64,000 nt of DNA from Blastocystis sp. subtype 4 (taxonomy: Eukaryota), in contig NW_014569544.1 in NCBI RefSeq assembly GCF_000743755.1, forward strand, positions 1-64,000, in the 5' to 3' direction. Positions 63,582 to 64,000 of the stretch are shown one piece after another. Position 1 is the stretch's first letter; each line of letters opens with the position of its first letter. Below the pieces are notes generated by a model. That model ran no database searches. It was not told the DNA's origin and saw only the letters and a program-made list of their open reading frames with translations. A program made the translations under genes and the position numbers.

Positions 63582-64000
63582 ATGGACGCGGCTGCCGAAC
63601 GGAAGAAACGAATTGAAGAGCTGAAGAGAAAGAAAGAGGAACTCCTTTCACAAGGAAAAGTGAGTTCGACAGAGAACTCGGCAACTTCAACGTAGATCAA
63701 ATCGTTTGTAATTTGACTTTATAGAGTTCGGTTCCGAAATTATATTCCAAAAGATGATGGATTAAAAGAGAAGATGGATAACGTAGTCGTAGACGAGAAG
63801 CCTTTGGATTATGAAAGTGACTTGAAAGCTTCATCAGCGATGCCAGGAGTAGATTTAATATAAATACAATGAATTATAGCGAAATGACGAGATCAACCTT
63901 GCTCCAAAGAAGCCAAACTGGGATTTAAAGAGAGGAATTGAGCATAAAATGGAGATGTTGGAGAAAGAAACGCAGAAAGCGATGATTCAAATGTTGAGTT
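63582..64000 (+). CDS. CCDC12: Spliceosomal protein Cwf18/CCDC12, runs off window end
   Basis: MDAAAERKKRIEELK, VRFRNYIPKD, LAPKKPNWDLKR. Confidence 0.88.

Noticed and set aside
1..64000. Alternative nuclear genetic code, CRISPR arrays, transposons or prokaryotic operons
   Set aside because: ORF fragmentation is explained by short spliceosomal introns; TAA, TAG and TGA are all used as stops; no repeat-spacer arrays or transposase/RT motifs were seen

Overview
Gene-dense eukaryotic nuclear DNA, very probably Blastocystis (inferred from AT-rich sequence, ubiquitous ~28-45 nt GT-AG introns, tiny intergenic gaps and TGTTTGTT motifs at gene 3' ends). About 30 intron-split genes and one intron-containing tRNA-Tyr are supported. 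Recognisable genes: RPS18, RPL35A, GCN5, SNRNP25, BRE1-like, SEC13, ASF1, HSBP1, RNase Z, Cwf18/CCDC12, plus a lipase, mitochondrial carrier, AAA ATPase, PPR, ankyrin, subtilase and Snf7 proteins. Main observations: (1) five to six genes whose reading frame places a codon-initial T exactly 4 nt before TGTTT(G/C)TT, so poly(A) addition would create the UAA stop, including a convergent pair with back-to-back signals; (2) two very short U12-type introns (AT-AC, 39 nt; AT-AG, 47 nt) in a window that also encodes a U11/U12 snRNP protein; (3) a ~13.8 kb gene joining tandem ubiquitin-like modules, degenerate midasin-type AAA+ modules and several VWA domains; (4) a HAD phosphatase-ThiE thiamine-phosphate synthase fusion; (5) a signal-peptide-bearing MoCo-sulfurase-like enzyme without a MOSC domain. 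Gene models were assembled by eye, so boundaries are approximate.
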